From Microcystis aeruginosa NIES-843 (lineage in GTDB: Bacteria; Cyanobacteriota; Cyanobacteriia; Cyanobacteriales; Microcystaceae): a stretch of 32,000 nt of DNA. Position 1 is the stretch's first letter; each line of letters starts with the position of its first letter. The translations under genes were made by a program, and so were the position numbers. Below are positions 24,151-32,000 of this stretch, in pieces. The notes under the pieces are model-generated. The model did not search any database, was not told the origin of the DNA, and saw only the letters and a program-made list of their open reading frames with translations. Location: positions 4,710,001 to 4,742,000 of the forward strand of contig NC_010296.1 in assembly GCF_000010625.1 (NCBI RefSeq), given 5' to 3'.

Positions 24151-24208
24151 TAGGGTGCGTTCCCTAATGCAGGATTTTTGGGGAACGCACCATGCACATT
24201 GATTGAAG
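24151..24208 (+). repeat. 57-bp direct repeat, copy 2
   Basis: Reads tagggtgcgttccctaatgcaggatttttggggaacgcaccatgcacattgattgaag; compare 22722-22778. Confidence 0.8.
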
Positions 24209-24236
24209 TCGTTAGACCGCTTCAATTTTAGGGTAA

Positions 24237-25470
24237 TAAGCTTTTACGCATTTAAGTTACATTGACAGCATTACCCTTATTTTTAAGTTTTCTACTCCAT
24301 TTAATAATCAATCCCCCTTCATTTAAAAGCTGATTGACTACTTTTTCCAGTTCTTCTTTATTTTCAAATTCTCGATTAGCTATGTACTCTTTAGCGGAAT
24401 GCCACACTAATTCTATTAGGTTGTAATCTGGACTATAAGCTGGTAAAAACTCTAGCCTAATATTGGGCAACTCTTTTTCCACCTGCTCAATAACATCTTT
24501 CTTTTTGTGATAACTAGCATTGTCTAATATGATGATAATTTTCGGTCCTTTTTCTCGAAAATCTTCGGGCAGATTTCCCAAGTTTATCCATTCTTGACGA
24601 ATCTCTTCATGAAGTTTCTTTAATTGTTCATGGAAAGTTTCTGAATTTCCTTTTTTGATCATAAAACAGACTCGTTTTTTGTCATTATATCTTAAGGCTC
24701 CCATCACATTCACCCTTCCTCTTTTTCTTTGTCCATTCACTTTTTTTCGCTTTCCTTTTTTTGTCCAAGCTCTCCTTCTTATTACTCTCAAACTAAATCC
24801 ACACTCATGAGGGGCTGTGTGGCGAACCTGCGTCGCCACCTTGAAAGCCCCGTCCCAAAACCATACCTGGATTGACTCTGACTTTTCTTTAGCCAACCTT
24901 AAATATTCATCTAATTTTTCTTTAAATGCTTTTCTTAATTTCTTGTCTTGCTTATCTTCTAGACTATATTTCGCCCAGATATACACATACTTTTTTCTTC
25001 TCAATATTCTTCTCACTTGCGAGCCACTCAGTTTAATTCTTGTTTCCTTTTCTAGATGCTCTGCTAATCTTGCCGCTGTCCATCTCCCGAATTCATATCC
25101 AAATTCCTTCGGGTCTTCATCAACTATTTTTAATAGTAAATTAATATATTCCTCTGTGGCTTTTTTATGATTTCCATTTTTTCTCCCATCTTCTAGACTT
25201 TCTAAATTGTTAGGATCACCGTGAACACACCAAGGGGCGACCGTTTTGAGTGAACAGCCAATAAAGTCAGCTATTTCTCGTTGAGTTTTTCCGTCGTTTA
25301 GCAAGAGAAACATTAAAATTCTTTCCCTAACCTCTGCTCTTTCTTCTTCTTTAAGAGCTTTTTGTAAGTTTTTCTTTTCTTCTAAGTCTAGGAAATCTTT
25401 GGCTGGCATAAGTAGGATTTTTCTAAAATTACTATTTCTATTTTAGGTGGTTTAAGTGCGTTTTAGCTTA
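24237..25470 (-). mobile_element. IS630-family insertion sequence with TAAGCT termini
   Basis: The TIRs are taagcttttacgcatttaag (24237-) and cttaagtgcgttttagctta (-25470), with TA at both borders. Confidence 0.8.
24252..25409 (-). CDS. IS630-family transposase carrying a 45-nt in-frame palindromic insertion next to the first catalytic Asp
   Basis: 385 aa. WFWD-GAFKVATQVRHTAPH-ECGFSL replaces the expected contiguous WFWDECGF. The later blocks ILDNASYHKK and FLPAYSPDYNLIELVW are intact. Confidence 0.85.
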   Translation of the reverse strand: MPAKDFLDLEEKKNLQKALKEEERAEVRERILMFLLLNDGKTQREIADFIGCSLKTVAPWCVHGDPNNLESLEDGRKNGNHKKATEEYINLLLKIVDEDPKEFGYEFGRWTAARLAEHLEKETRIKLSGSQVRRILRRKKYVYIWAKYSLEDKQDKKLRKAFKEKLDEYLRLAKEKSESIQVWFWDGAFKVATQVRHTAPHECGFSLRVIRRRAWTKKGKRKKVNGQRKRGRVNVMGALRYNDKKRVCFMIKKGNSETFHEQLKKLHEEIRQEWINLGNLPEDFREKGPKIIIILDNASYHKKKDVIEQVEKELPNIRLEFLPAYSPDYNLIELVWHSAKEYIANREFENKEELEKVVNQLLNEGGLIIKWSRKLKNKGNAVNVT

Positions 25471-25812
25471 GTTGCTAAGGTTCGCTAACCTCACCGGTGA
25501 AGCCACCTAGGGAGAGGTTTTTGAGCGCTAAAAAATTTTTTCTTCTCCATAAAGACAATAAAATCTCTATTCTGGAAGCATAAAGAGGCTTCAGGCGAAT
25601 TTAAAGGGACATTGAACCCGTATAAATCGAATATTTCCAGTTTTTTGAGCTAATCAAGCCATTAATGGCTTGATTTATTTGCATCTAACCTAACTAAGAG
25701 TGTATAAATTTTTCTCCAATGTATTGAAATTGTTTTTTATTTCGTATAGAATACAATTCTAGAAAAAATACCTAGCAATCTCCCATAAATAAACAAAGGA
25801 GCCGATGACATC

Positions 25813-26895
25813 GTGATCCCTGATCCTAGATCCCCAAAACCGAAAACCCTCTTACCTTTTATTTCTCTAGCTACGGCTGCCGTCGTCACAACGGGAATCG
25901 GACTAGCTTCTAGTCCCCTATCAGCATCGAGTAATCTGCTGGCAGCTGCGGATAAAGAGCAAGCTAAACAACAAACCGTGGAAATCACCCTGGTTTCCTA
26001 CGCGGTGACTCAATCGGCCTACTCAAAAATTATTCCTCTATTCGTCAACAAATGGAAAAGAGAGAAAAAACAGGATGTGGTGATTAAACAGAGTTATGGC
26101 GGCTCTGGTTCCCAAACCCGCGCTGTTATCGACGGATTAGATGCAGATGTGGTAAATTTGGCTATCGGTTCCGATGTGGAACGCTTGCAAAAAGCGGGTT
26201 TAGTTAACCCCGGTTGGCAGAAAGAATTACCCAACAATGCCATCGCCACTCGTTCCGTGGTAGCTTTAGTTACTCGTCAGGGCAATCCCAAAGGAATCCG
26301 CAACTGGCCAGATCTAGCCAAATCGGGGATTAAAGTCATCACTGCCAACCCGAAAACCTCTGGGGTGGCCCGGTGGAATTTTCTGGCCCTGTGGGGATCG
26401 GTAACTCGGACCGGCGGCAATGAAGCACAAGCGACCAATTTCGTCCGCAATGTCTATAAAAACGTGCCTGTACTACCCAAAGATGCCCGGGAAGCCAGCG
26501 ATGTCTTCTTTAAACAGGATCAGGGGGATGTGCTGCTTAACTACGAAAACGAAGTGATTCTGGCCCGTCAAAAAGGAGAAACTGGTTTTTCCTATACTAT
26601 TCCTGCGGTCAATGTTTCGATCGATCCGCCCGTGGCCGTAGTGGATAAAATAGTTGATAAACGCAAAACCCGGGAAGTAGCGACAGCTTTTGCCCAATTT
26701 CTCTTTACTCCCGAAGCACAGCGGGAATTCGCCAAGGTGGGTTTCCGTCCCGTTAATGCTAATGTGGCTAAAGAGTTTAGTAAACAATACCCAAAAGTGT
26801 CGAATCTGTTCCCCTATACGGCGGTCGGTAGCTGGGATGCGATCCAGAAAAAATTCTTCGCTGATGGGGCGATTTTTGACCAAATTCAGCGTTAA
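25813..26895 (+). CDS. sbpA: Sulfate/thiosulfate ABC transporter periplasmic binding protein
   Basis: 360 aa with a GTG start 11 nt after AGGAG and a signal peptide. SYGGSGSQTRAVIDGLDADVV, NPKTSGVARWNFLALWG and VLLNYENE are Sbp/CysP family blocks. Confidence 0.85.
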   Translation: MIPDPRSPKPKTLLPFISLATAAVVTTGIGLASSPLSASSNLLAAADKEQAKQQTVEITLVSYAVTQSAYSKIIPLFVNKWKREKKQDVVIKQSYGGSGSQTRAVIDGLDADVVNLAIGSDVERLQKAGLVNPGWQKELPNNAIATRSVVALVTRQGNPKGIRNWPDLAKSGIKVITANPKTSGVARWNFLALWGSVTRTGGNEAQATNFVRNVYKNVPVLPKDAREASDVFFKQDQGDVLLNYENEVILARQKGETGFSYTIPAVNVSIDPPVAVVDKIVDKRKTREVATAFAQFLFTPEAQREFAKVGFRPVNANVAKEFSKQYPKVSNLFPYTAVGSWDAIQKKFFADGAIFDQIQR

Positions 26896-27023
26896 TTAGT
26901 AGTAGGCCGTCAGCCGTCAGCTAAGTAAGTGGTTCTGATTAAATAGAAGATAGATTTTGCTTTTGATCCCCCCTGCTCCCCTTAATAAGGGGGGTATCTG
27001 ACAATTTTCAACACCTACTTACT

Positions 27024-27233
27024 TAGGGTCTGCTGAATAAATCTAAAAACCTTGTTGGATAAGACTTTTGGACTTTTTTACCCTCAAAAAGTGCCGGCCA
27101 TTGGGGGGATCGGGGGGAAAATTCCTGGACTTTTTCCCTGAAAATTAGGTAATTGGCCTCCTCAAAACCGATAAAACCCCACACCCCACACCCCACACCC
27201 TGCCCCCAGGAAAAACTTTTTCAGCAGACCCTA
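27024..27233. mobile_element. MITE copy (C-rich strand is +), termini TAGGGTCTGCTGAA/TTCAGCAGACCCTA
   Basis: Homologous over its length to 3280-3499 (inverted) and 29626-29872, with 3 CCCC runs in its heptamer tract. Confidence 0.8.
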
Positions 27234-27328
27234 GGTAGTTGACCACCTGAAAATCGATAAAACCCCACACCCCACACCCCACACCCCACACCCTGCCACC
27301 ACCGAAAAGCTTTTTGCCGCAAACCCTA
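27234..27328. mobile_element. Truncated MITE copy (right half only) abutting the previous copy
   Basis: ggtagttgaccacctgaaaatcgataaaacccc... matches 29745-29872. It has 4 CCCC runs and ends tttttgccgcaaacccta like 7902-7919. Confidence 0.7.
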
Positions 27329-27382
27329 CTTAGATAGCTGATGGCAAAAAAACAAAACTAATAGTTAGTAACTAAAAAAAAG

Positions 27383-27763
27383 ATGTATCTACTTGACAAA
27401 ATAAAAAACGGAAGCTTGGTATTGATTGGTTACTTATTATCGCCCCTGTGTTGGTGGAACGATCTAATTTTTAATCTGCCGATCGCCTACGGTTTCGGTC
27501 GTTTAATTGCTTGCTTGCACGCCGATTTTTTTCTCCCCGCAGCCGTGGTTGGTTATTGGTTATCTAATCTTGTGGGAATCCTACTGATGCAATTCGGAAC
27601 GAAAGAATTAATCGGTGGAGAGAAAAAAGAACGCAATTGGCAAAAAGAATTAAGAAATGGATTACTTTCCTCGACAGTTTATACTTTAGTAATCCTAGCT
27701 TTGCTGCATTTTCAGGTTTTAGAAATGCCCCTGTTATCCTCGATCGCTACTTTTTCCCCGTAA
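27383..27763 (+). CDS. Small membrane protein, hypothetical
   Basis: 126 aa with 3-4 hydrophobic segments. Its stop overlaps the PAP2 start (TAATG at 27761-27765). Confidence 0.55.
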   Translation: MYLLDKIKNGSLVLIGYLLSPLCWWNDLIFNLPIAYGFGRLIACLHADFFLPAAVVGYWLSNLVGILLMQFGTKELIGGEKKERNWQKELRNGLLSSTVYTLVILALLHFQVLEMPLLSSIATFSP

Positions 27764-28428
27764 TGCCCAAAATCTACTTAAACAATAGCTTAATTTTCTT
27801 AGCCATCTTGTTAACATCGCTAAGTTTTACGGATTTAGCGATCGCTATTGACCAGCATCCCCAAGGATTTGCTTGGGAAAAATCGCTGCTGCTATCTATT
27901 CATCAAACTGCTAATTTAAACCTAAACTTTTTGGTCATAAAACTAACGGGATTAGGCACTTATTGGGGAGTGGCCCCGATACTAACAATTTCACTGCTGA
28001 TTTTTGCCCTAAAAAAATACTGGTATGGGTTCGCTTATCTCCTTGTGACCATGGCGGGAGGTTGGGCAATTAGTTATAATCTCAAGATTCTTTTTCATCG
28101 AAACCGCCCGCAATTTTGGCAGTTATTTTATCCCTTACCCGATGATTTTGCCTTCCCTAGCGGTCATGCTTTATTTAGTTCCCTGTTAGTCATTTCTTTA
28201 CTGATCCTATCTTGGAGAAAGCGGTGGTTTTTAGGGGTAGTTTTACTGGGGATTCCCTTCGTCTTGGTTATTGCTTGGACCCGTCTTTATTTAGGAGTTC
28301 ACTTTCCTAGTGATATCCTTGCCGCTTGGCTTTTAGCGATCGCTTGGTCTCTCCTAGTTCATCTCTGGTGGCAACAGTTATTAGAGACACCCAAGGCGAT
28401 CAACACCCAAGAGGAAACTAATAATTAG
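27763..28428 (+). CDS. PAP2-family membrane phosphatase
   Basis: The ATG at 27763 is preferred over the track start at 27637, which lies inside the previous gene. The PAP2 motifs are KILFHRNRP, PSGH and TRLYLGVHFPSD. Confidence 0.8.
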   Translation: MPKIYLNNSLIFLAILLTSLSFTDLAIAIDQHPQGFAWEKSLLLSIHQTANLNLNFLVIKLTGLGTYWGVAPILTISLLIFALKKYWYGFAYLLVTMAGGWAISYNLKILFHRNRPQFWQLFYPLPDDFAFPSGHALFSSLLVISLLILSWRKRWFLGVVLLGIPFVLVIAWTRLYLGVHFPSDILAAWLLAIAWSLLVHLWWQQLLETPKAINTQEETNN

Positions 28429-28536
28429 TTGACGACTTGCTGCAAAAAAAATATCACGTTATACCTAAATTTTTGGAGAAAGCTAATCAAAGCCCTATAG
28501 TAATTATCGTTTGATACTCGTCGCTGACACTGAATC

Positions 28537-29535
28537 ATGAAACCAAAACTGCGTCAAGGGAAGGGTCTATCCCTGGGACGGTTTCACAGCCGTCCCCTTG
28601 CTTTTTTCACTTTAGTTCTCCTCTGCATTTTAACCTTTACCTTAGCCCCGTCATCGCCCCTGATGGCCACGTCTAAATCTGAGACTAAGATAGACTTTGT
28701 ATCGCCGGCGTGGGTGGCACAAAATCTCAACGATCCGAAGTTAAAAATTCTCGATGTGCGGATTAATCCTTTAGAATATATCACCGGTCATTTACCGAAA
28801 GCGGTGAATATAGCCGACAATAATTTTCGCGGTCCAAACGGATTTTTACCGGTTCAATATTGGCAAGAGGATAAAATTGGCAGTCTCTTTGCCGCTGCGG
28901 GAATCACTAATGGCGATCGAGTGGTAGTATATTCCGATGGTCGCGATGTCTTGGGGGCAACCATGGTCGCTTATTTATTAGAGCGATCGGGTTTCCGAAA
29001 TGTGGCGGTCTTAGATGGTGGTTTTAAGGGTTATAAGGGTTCTGAACAAAAGGTAACTAAAGAATTCCCTAAATATCAACCAGGGAGCTTTACTGTCCGT
29101 GATAATCCCTCGATTCGGGTAAATTTAGCAGAAGTAGAGAAATTGATCGGCAAACCCGATGTGGTTTTTATCGATCCTAGACCGGAAGAACTTTTTCAGG
29201 GGAAACAGGATATCTGGCTGAGAAATGGTCATATTCCGGGGGCGAAAAATATACCCTGGCCGACTTTTACGGAAGCGAATAATCCCGATGAATCTCTAAA
29301 AAATCCCCATAAATTGAAATCTTTAGACGAAATCAGGAAGATTCTTGCCCAACGCAACATCAAGCCCTCCGATAATATTATTGTCAGTTGCAGTACGGGA
29401 CGGGAAGCGACTTTACAGTATATTGTCCTCAAACATCTGCTCGGTTATCCCAAGGTGCGAATTTACGAAGGTTCTTGGACAGAGTACAGTACCACAGATC
29501 TGCCCGTCGCTACCGGGCCAGAAAAAGCAGTCTAA
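28537..29535 (+). CDS. Secreted tandem-rhodanese sulfurtransferase
   Basis: 332 aa with a signal/TM segment and two rhodanese-like halves. The active-site loop CSTGREAT is in the second half. Confidence 0.8.
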   Translation: MKPKLRQGKGLSLGRFHSRPLAFFTLVLLCILTFTLAPSSPLMATSKSETKIDFVSPAWVAQNLNDPKLKILDVRINPLEYITGHLPKAVNIADNNFRGPNGFLPVQYWQEDKIGSLFAAAGITNGDRVVVYSDGRDVLGATMVAYLLERSGFRNVAVLDGGFKGYKGSEQKVTKEFPKYQPGSFTVRDNPSIRVNLAEVEKLIGKPDVVFIDPRPEELFQGKQDIWLRNGHIPGAKNIPWPTFTEANNPDESLKNPHKLKSLDEIRKILAQRNIKPSDNIIVSCSTGREATLQYIVLKHLLGYPKVRIYEGSWTEYSTTDLPVATGPEKAV

Positions 29536-29568
29536 AGTCAAGTTTGTCGGTTTATACTCGTTGTGTTT

Positions 29569-29596
29569 AACCATCTTGCCCAAGATGGTTTTTTTG
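29569..29596 (+). terminator. Rho-independent terminator after the rhodanese gene
   Basis: The stem aaccatctt gccc aagatggtt is followed by T7. Confidence 0.7.
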
Positions 29597-29625
29597 TTAG
29601 GGTAGGTTCCCGACGACGACTAAGT

Positions 29626-29872
29626 GAGGGTTTGCTGAATAAATCTAAAAATCTTGTTGGATAAGGTTTTTAGACTTTTTTTCTCTCAAAAATTGCCGAC
29701 CATTGGAGTGATTGGGGGGAAAATTCAGGTACTTTTTCCCTGAAAATTAGGTAGTTGACCACCTGAAAATCGATAAAACCCCACTTCCCCACACCCCACA
29801 CCCCACACCCCACACCCCACACCCCACACCCCACACCCTGCCACCACCGAAAAACTTTTTCAGCAAGCCCTA
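29626..29872. mobile_element. MITE copy with the longest heptamer tract (8 CCCC runs on +)
   Basis: The termini are gagggtttgctgaa and ttcagcaagcccta. CCCC runs begin at 29779, 29787, 29794, 29801, 29808, 29815, 29822 and 29829. Confidence 0.8.
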
Positions 29873-29886
29873 AGTTAGACGGACGC

Positions 29887-29913
29887 AAAAAAACCTCGGC
29901 GCTCATCCCGAGG
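29887..29913 (-). terminator. Rho-independent terminator after the cpcA-like gene
   Basis: The minus strand reads cctcgg gatgagcg ccgagg followed by T7. Confidence 0.6.
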
Positions 29914-29959
29914 TGAATTTAGGAGATTTGAGCTTGTGTTGACGTGAAGTTGACGTAAA

Positions 29960-30451
29960 TTAGCTAAGGGCGTTAATCACATAGTCAATGTAGGAATTAG
30001 CTTCTACAGCAGCATCCCCACTTAATCCGTGATTGGTTTTGATGTATTTTAAGGCTTCGATATACCAACTAGGAGATAGTTCAAAGGCACTATTAATTTC
30101 ACTCAAACCAGCGACTAGATATTCATCGATCGGGCCCGTACCGCCCACCACGAGGGCATAGGTGATAATTCGGATATAGTAGCCGATATCGCGAACGCAC
30201 TTGGATTTCCCCCGCTCATCGTAGGCATAGTTCGGCCCCTGGAGTTGGGTGGTGTAGGGAAATTTTTGATAGACAGCGTTGGCTGCTTCTTGGGCTAAAC
30301 TGGGGGCTTTTTGGGCGAGGATTTTTACCGCTTCTAGGGTGATGGCGGCCTGACGGAAACGACCGAACGCTACTTGTAATTCAGCACTGCTGAGAAAACG
30401 GCCTTGGGAATCGGCAGTAGCTACCGCTTCGGTTAAAGGTGTTTTGGTCAT
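29960..30451 (-). CDS. Phycobiliprotein alpha subunit, phycocyanin/phycoerythrocyanin family
   Basis: 163 aa. [22 protein letters not shown]..., the bilin Cys in [12 protein letters not shown], and [14 protein letters not shown]...[13 protein letters not shown] are colinear with CpcA/PecA. Confidence 0.85.
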   Translation of the reverse strand: MTKTPLTEAVATADSQGRFLSSAELQVAFGRFRQAAITLEAVKILAQKAPSLAQEAANAVYQKFPYTTQLQGPNYAYDERGKSKCVRDIGYYIRIITYALVVGGTGPIDEYLVAGLSEINSAFELSPSWYIEALKYIKTNHGLSGDAAVEANSYIDYVINALS

Positions 30452-30506
30452 GGATGGAATTGCTCCTACAAAAGTTTAATCGGATTGAGATAAGAAAGTC
30501 ACAGCA

Positions 30507-31028
30507 TCAGGAAACTGCCGCCGCCGCTCGATCGAAGTAAGAAGCGACTTCTGCTAGTAAAGAACTGCAATCCCCGCGAGTGATCCCGTTGGGATCGGCC
30601 GCTAGGGCAAGGGAAGCGTCTTTGAGCTTGAGAATTCCGGCCGCAACAGAAGCTCCCGGAACTCCCAGGGCGACGTAGGTTTCCCGGAGACCGTTCAAGG
30701 CGCGATCATCGAGGATGCTGGCATCGCCGGTGAAGGTGGCATAGGTAACGTAGCGCAGGATAATTTCCAAATCCCGCAAGCAGGCGGCCGCACGACGGTT
30801 TGTATAGGCGTTGCCACCGGGGGCAACTAAAACGGGCTGTTCTGAAAACAAACTACGCGCGGCATCGGTAACGATCGCAGAAGAATTACTGGAAAGACGA
30901 TTGACCACATCCACGCGTTTATTACCATCTTTGACGAAGGCAATTAGGGCATTGACTTGATTCTCGCTCAGGTATTCCCCCCGGGTATCGGCCTGAGAAA
31001 CGACTTTGGCAAAGGCATCTAACACCAT
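30507..31028 (-). CDS. Phycobiliprotein beta subunit, phycocyanin/phycoerythrocyanin family
   Basis: The second ATG (31028, [10 protein letters not shown]...) has AGGAG 9 nt upstream. The bilin sites are [13 protein letters not shown] (Cys82 equivalent) and RGDCSSL (Cys153 equivalent). Confidence 0.85.
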   Translation of the reverse strand: MVLDAFAKVVSQADTRGEYLSENQVNALIAFVKDGNKRVDVVNRLSSNSSAIVTDAARSLFSEQPVLVAPGGNAYTNRRAAACLRDLEIILRYVTYATFTGDASILDDRALNGLRETYVALGVPGASVAAGILKLKDASLALAADPNGITRGDCSSLLAEVASYFDRAAAAVS

Positions 31029-31695
31029 AGTTTTCATCTCCTATAATGATGATTGGTTTCGGCAAAATATCGAGGTTGATTGCTCTGGCTTTTCTTTATT
31101 TTTTCCGATAAAGTATCTAGGAGTTTTTTTCTTGGGACTATACTATCGTCCTTGAAAAAAATTTACTCTCCCTTGGCCAGATTTTTTTGTATATCGAGGA
31201 ACAATTCTTGTTAATTGAATTTAGCGTTTATTGACGCTCCTAGACACACTTCGTTTTTGCCATGAATTATTTTATAAACCATTTTCCTACTTTTATTTAT
31301 TAAAAATTGTTTCCTAAAAAACCAGCAAAAAAATAATTTTTTAGGATAAATCTCAGAAAACTTTTTTAAATGTGTAACCCTATACCAAGAAAAAGTATCG
31401 CTCTTTTCATCTCTCTAATAATTCCTTTAAGTTGTTTAAACAAATGTGCTTTTATATACTAATAATAATTAACTAAATTAAGAGAAATTTCCCAAGACAA
31501 CTTTGCCGATTGTGCTTCGATATACAAAAAAAGTGGCAAGGTAATAAAAATCGACAGGGATTATCCCCGCCGACGTTGTGATCAGAGGTGCCAACACCAG
31601 CATTTTGCAGTGTACTCCGACTTAAAAAGTATTGTAAAACATCTTAAATACATATATAATCAAAAATAGTCAACAAGTATAAAGCAAGTGGGATT

Positions 31696-32000
31696 ATGCC
31701 GATCGCAAGAGACATCACCCAATTGGTAGGAAGGACTCCCCTAGTCCAACTGAATCGAATCCCAGTGGCAGAGGGAGTAAAAGCCCGCATCGTCGTCAAA
31801 CTGGAAAGTATGAACCCCGCCGCCTCGGTTAAAGATCGCATCGGGGTCAGTATGGTGGAGGACGCGGAAGCTGCCGGACTAATTCACCCCGATAAAACAA
31901 TTCTGGTGGAACCAACTTCCGGTAATACCGGCATCGCCCTGGCCATGGTAGCGGCGGCCAAAGGCTATCGCTTAATCCTGACTATGCCCGAAACCATGAG
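31696..32000 (+). CDS. cysK: Cysteine synthase A (O-acetylserine sulfhydrylase), 5' part running off the window
   Basis: This gene is not in the ORF track because it has no stop within the window. My manual translation gives [23 protein letters not shown]...[16 protein letters not shown] (PLP lysine)...[12 protein letters not shown]. Confidence 0.85.
   Translation, partial: MPIARDITQLVGRTPLVQLNRIPVAEGVKARIVVKLESMNPAASVKDRIGVSMVEDAEAAGLIHPDKTILVEPTSGNTGIALAMVAAAKGYRLILTMPETM

Noticed and set aside
27637-27762. Upstream extension of the PAP2 ORF (track start 27637).
   Set aside because: It overlaps the 3' end of the preceding membrane-protein gene in another frame. The ATG at 27763, in a TAATG overlap, gives a normal PAP2 N-terminus.
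29779-29838. Possible CRISPR array suggested by the regular short repeats (also at 3314-3344, 27177-27293, 1-30 and 8011-8052).
   Set aside because: The period is 7 nt with no spacers, there are no cas genes, and the tracts sit inside TIR-bounded MITEs. They are simple tandem heptamers.
31644-31841. 65-aa minus-strand ORF.
   Set aside because: It is antisense to the clear cysK reading frame that starts at 31696 and runs off the window.

Overview
This is a cyanobacterial chromosome segment. It carries psbX, ftrC and a cpcBA-like pair, has many HIP1 GCGATCGC palindromes, and has a repeat and IS load typical of Microcystis (the genus is inference). There are three core blocks. Block 83-3278 holds an LptA/OstA-like gene, DUF309, ftrC, DUF1816, comF-like and psbX. 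Block 5755-12177 holds ftsH, a small acidic lipoprotein, holB and a copper P-type ATPase. Block 25813-32000 holds a sulfate-binding protein, a PAP2 phosphatase, a rhodanese, a divergent cpcBA-like pair and the 5' part of cysK. Two accessory regions interrupt the core. The first (3280-5452) is an AT-rich EcoRV-family restriction-modification pair bracketed by MITEs. The second (about 12.2-25.8 kb) is an island saturated with mobile DNA: an intact group II intron with exactly definable borders, one IS701-family and three IS630-family elements plus a remnant, nested MITEs and a hairpin-repeat family. Cargo genes sit between these elements: a 361-aa protein with a C-terminal HEPN-like RNxxxH motif, a galectin-like/DUF1963 fusion with a membrane partner, a truncated PIN toxin, and a small-protein plus retropepsin-like protease pair. 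The most interesting signal is a roughly 130-bp module carried upstream of both the HEPN gene and the galectin-DUF1963 pair. It has three ATACGGAAA boxes phased exactly 40 bp apart plus a palindromic fourth box. One copy hosts the intron and the other is its empty site. Cargo blocks end at GTAGGGTGCGTT...AACGCACC hairpins. No CRISPR array, rRNA or tRNA was seen.
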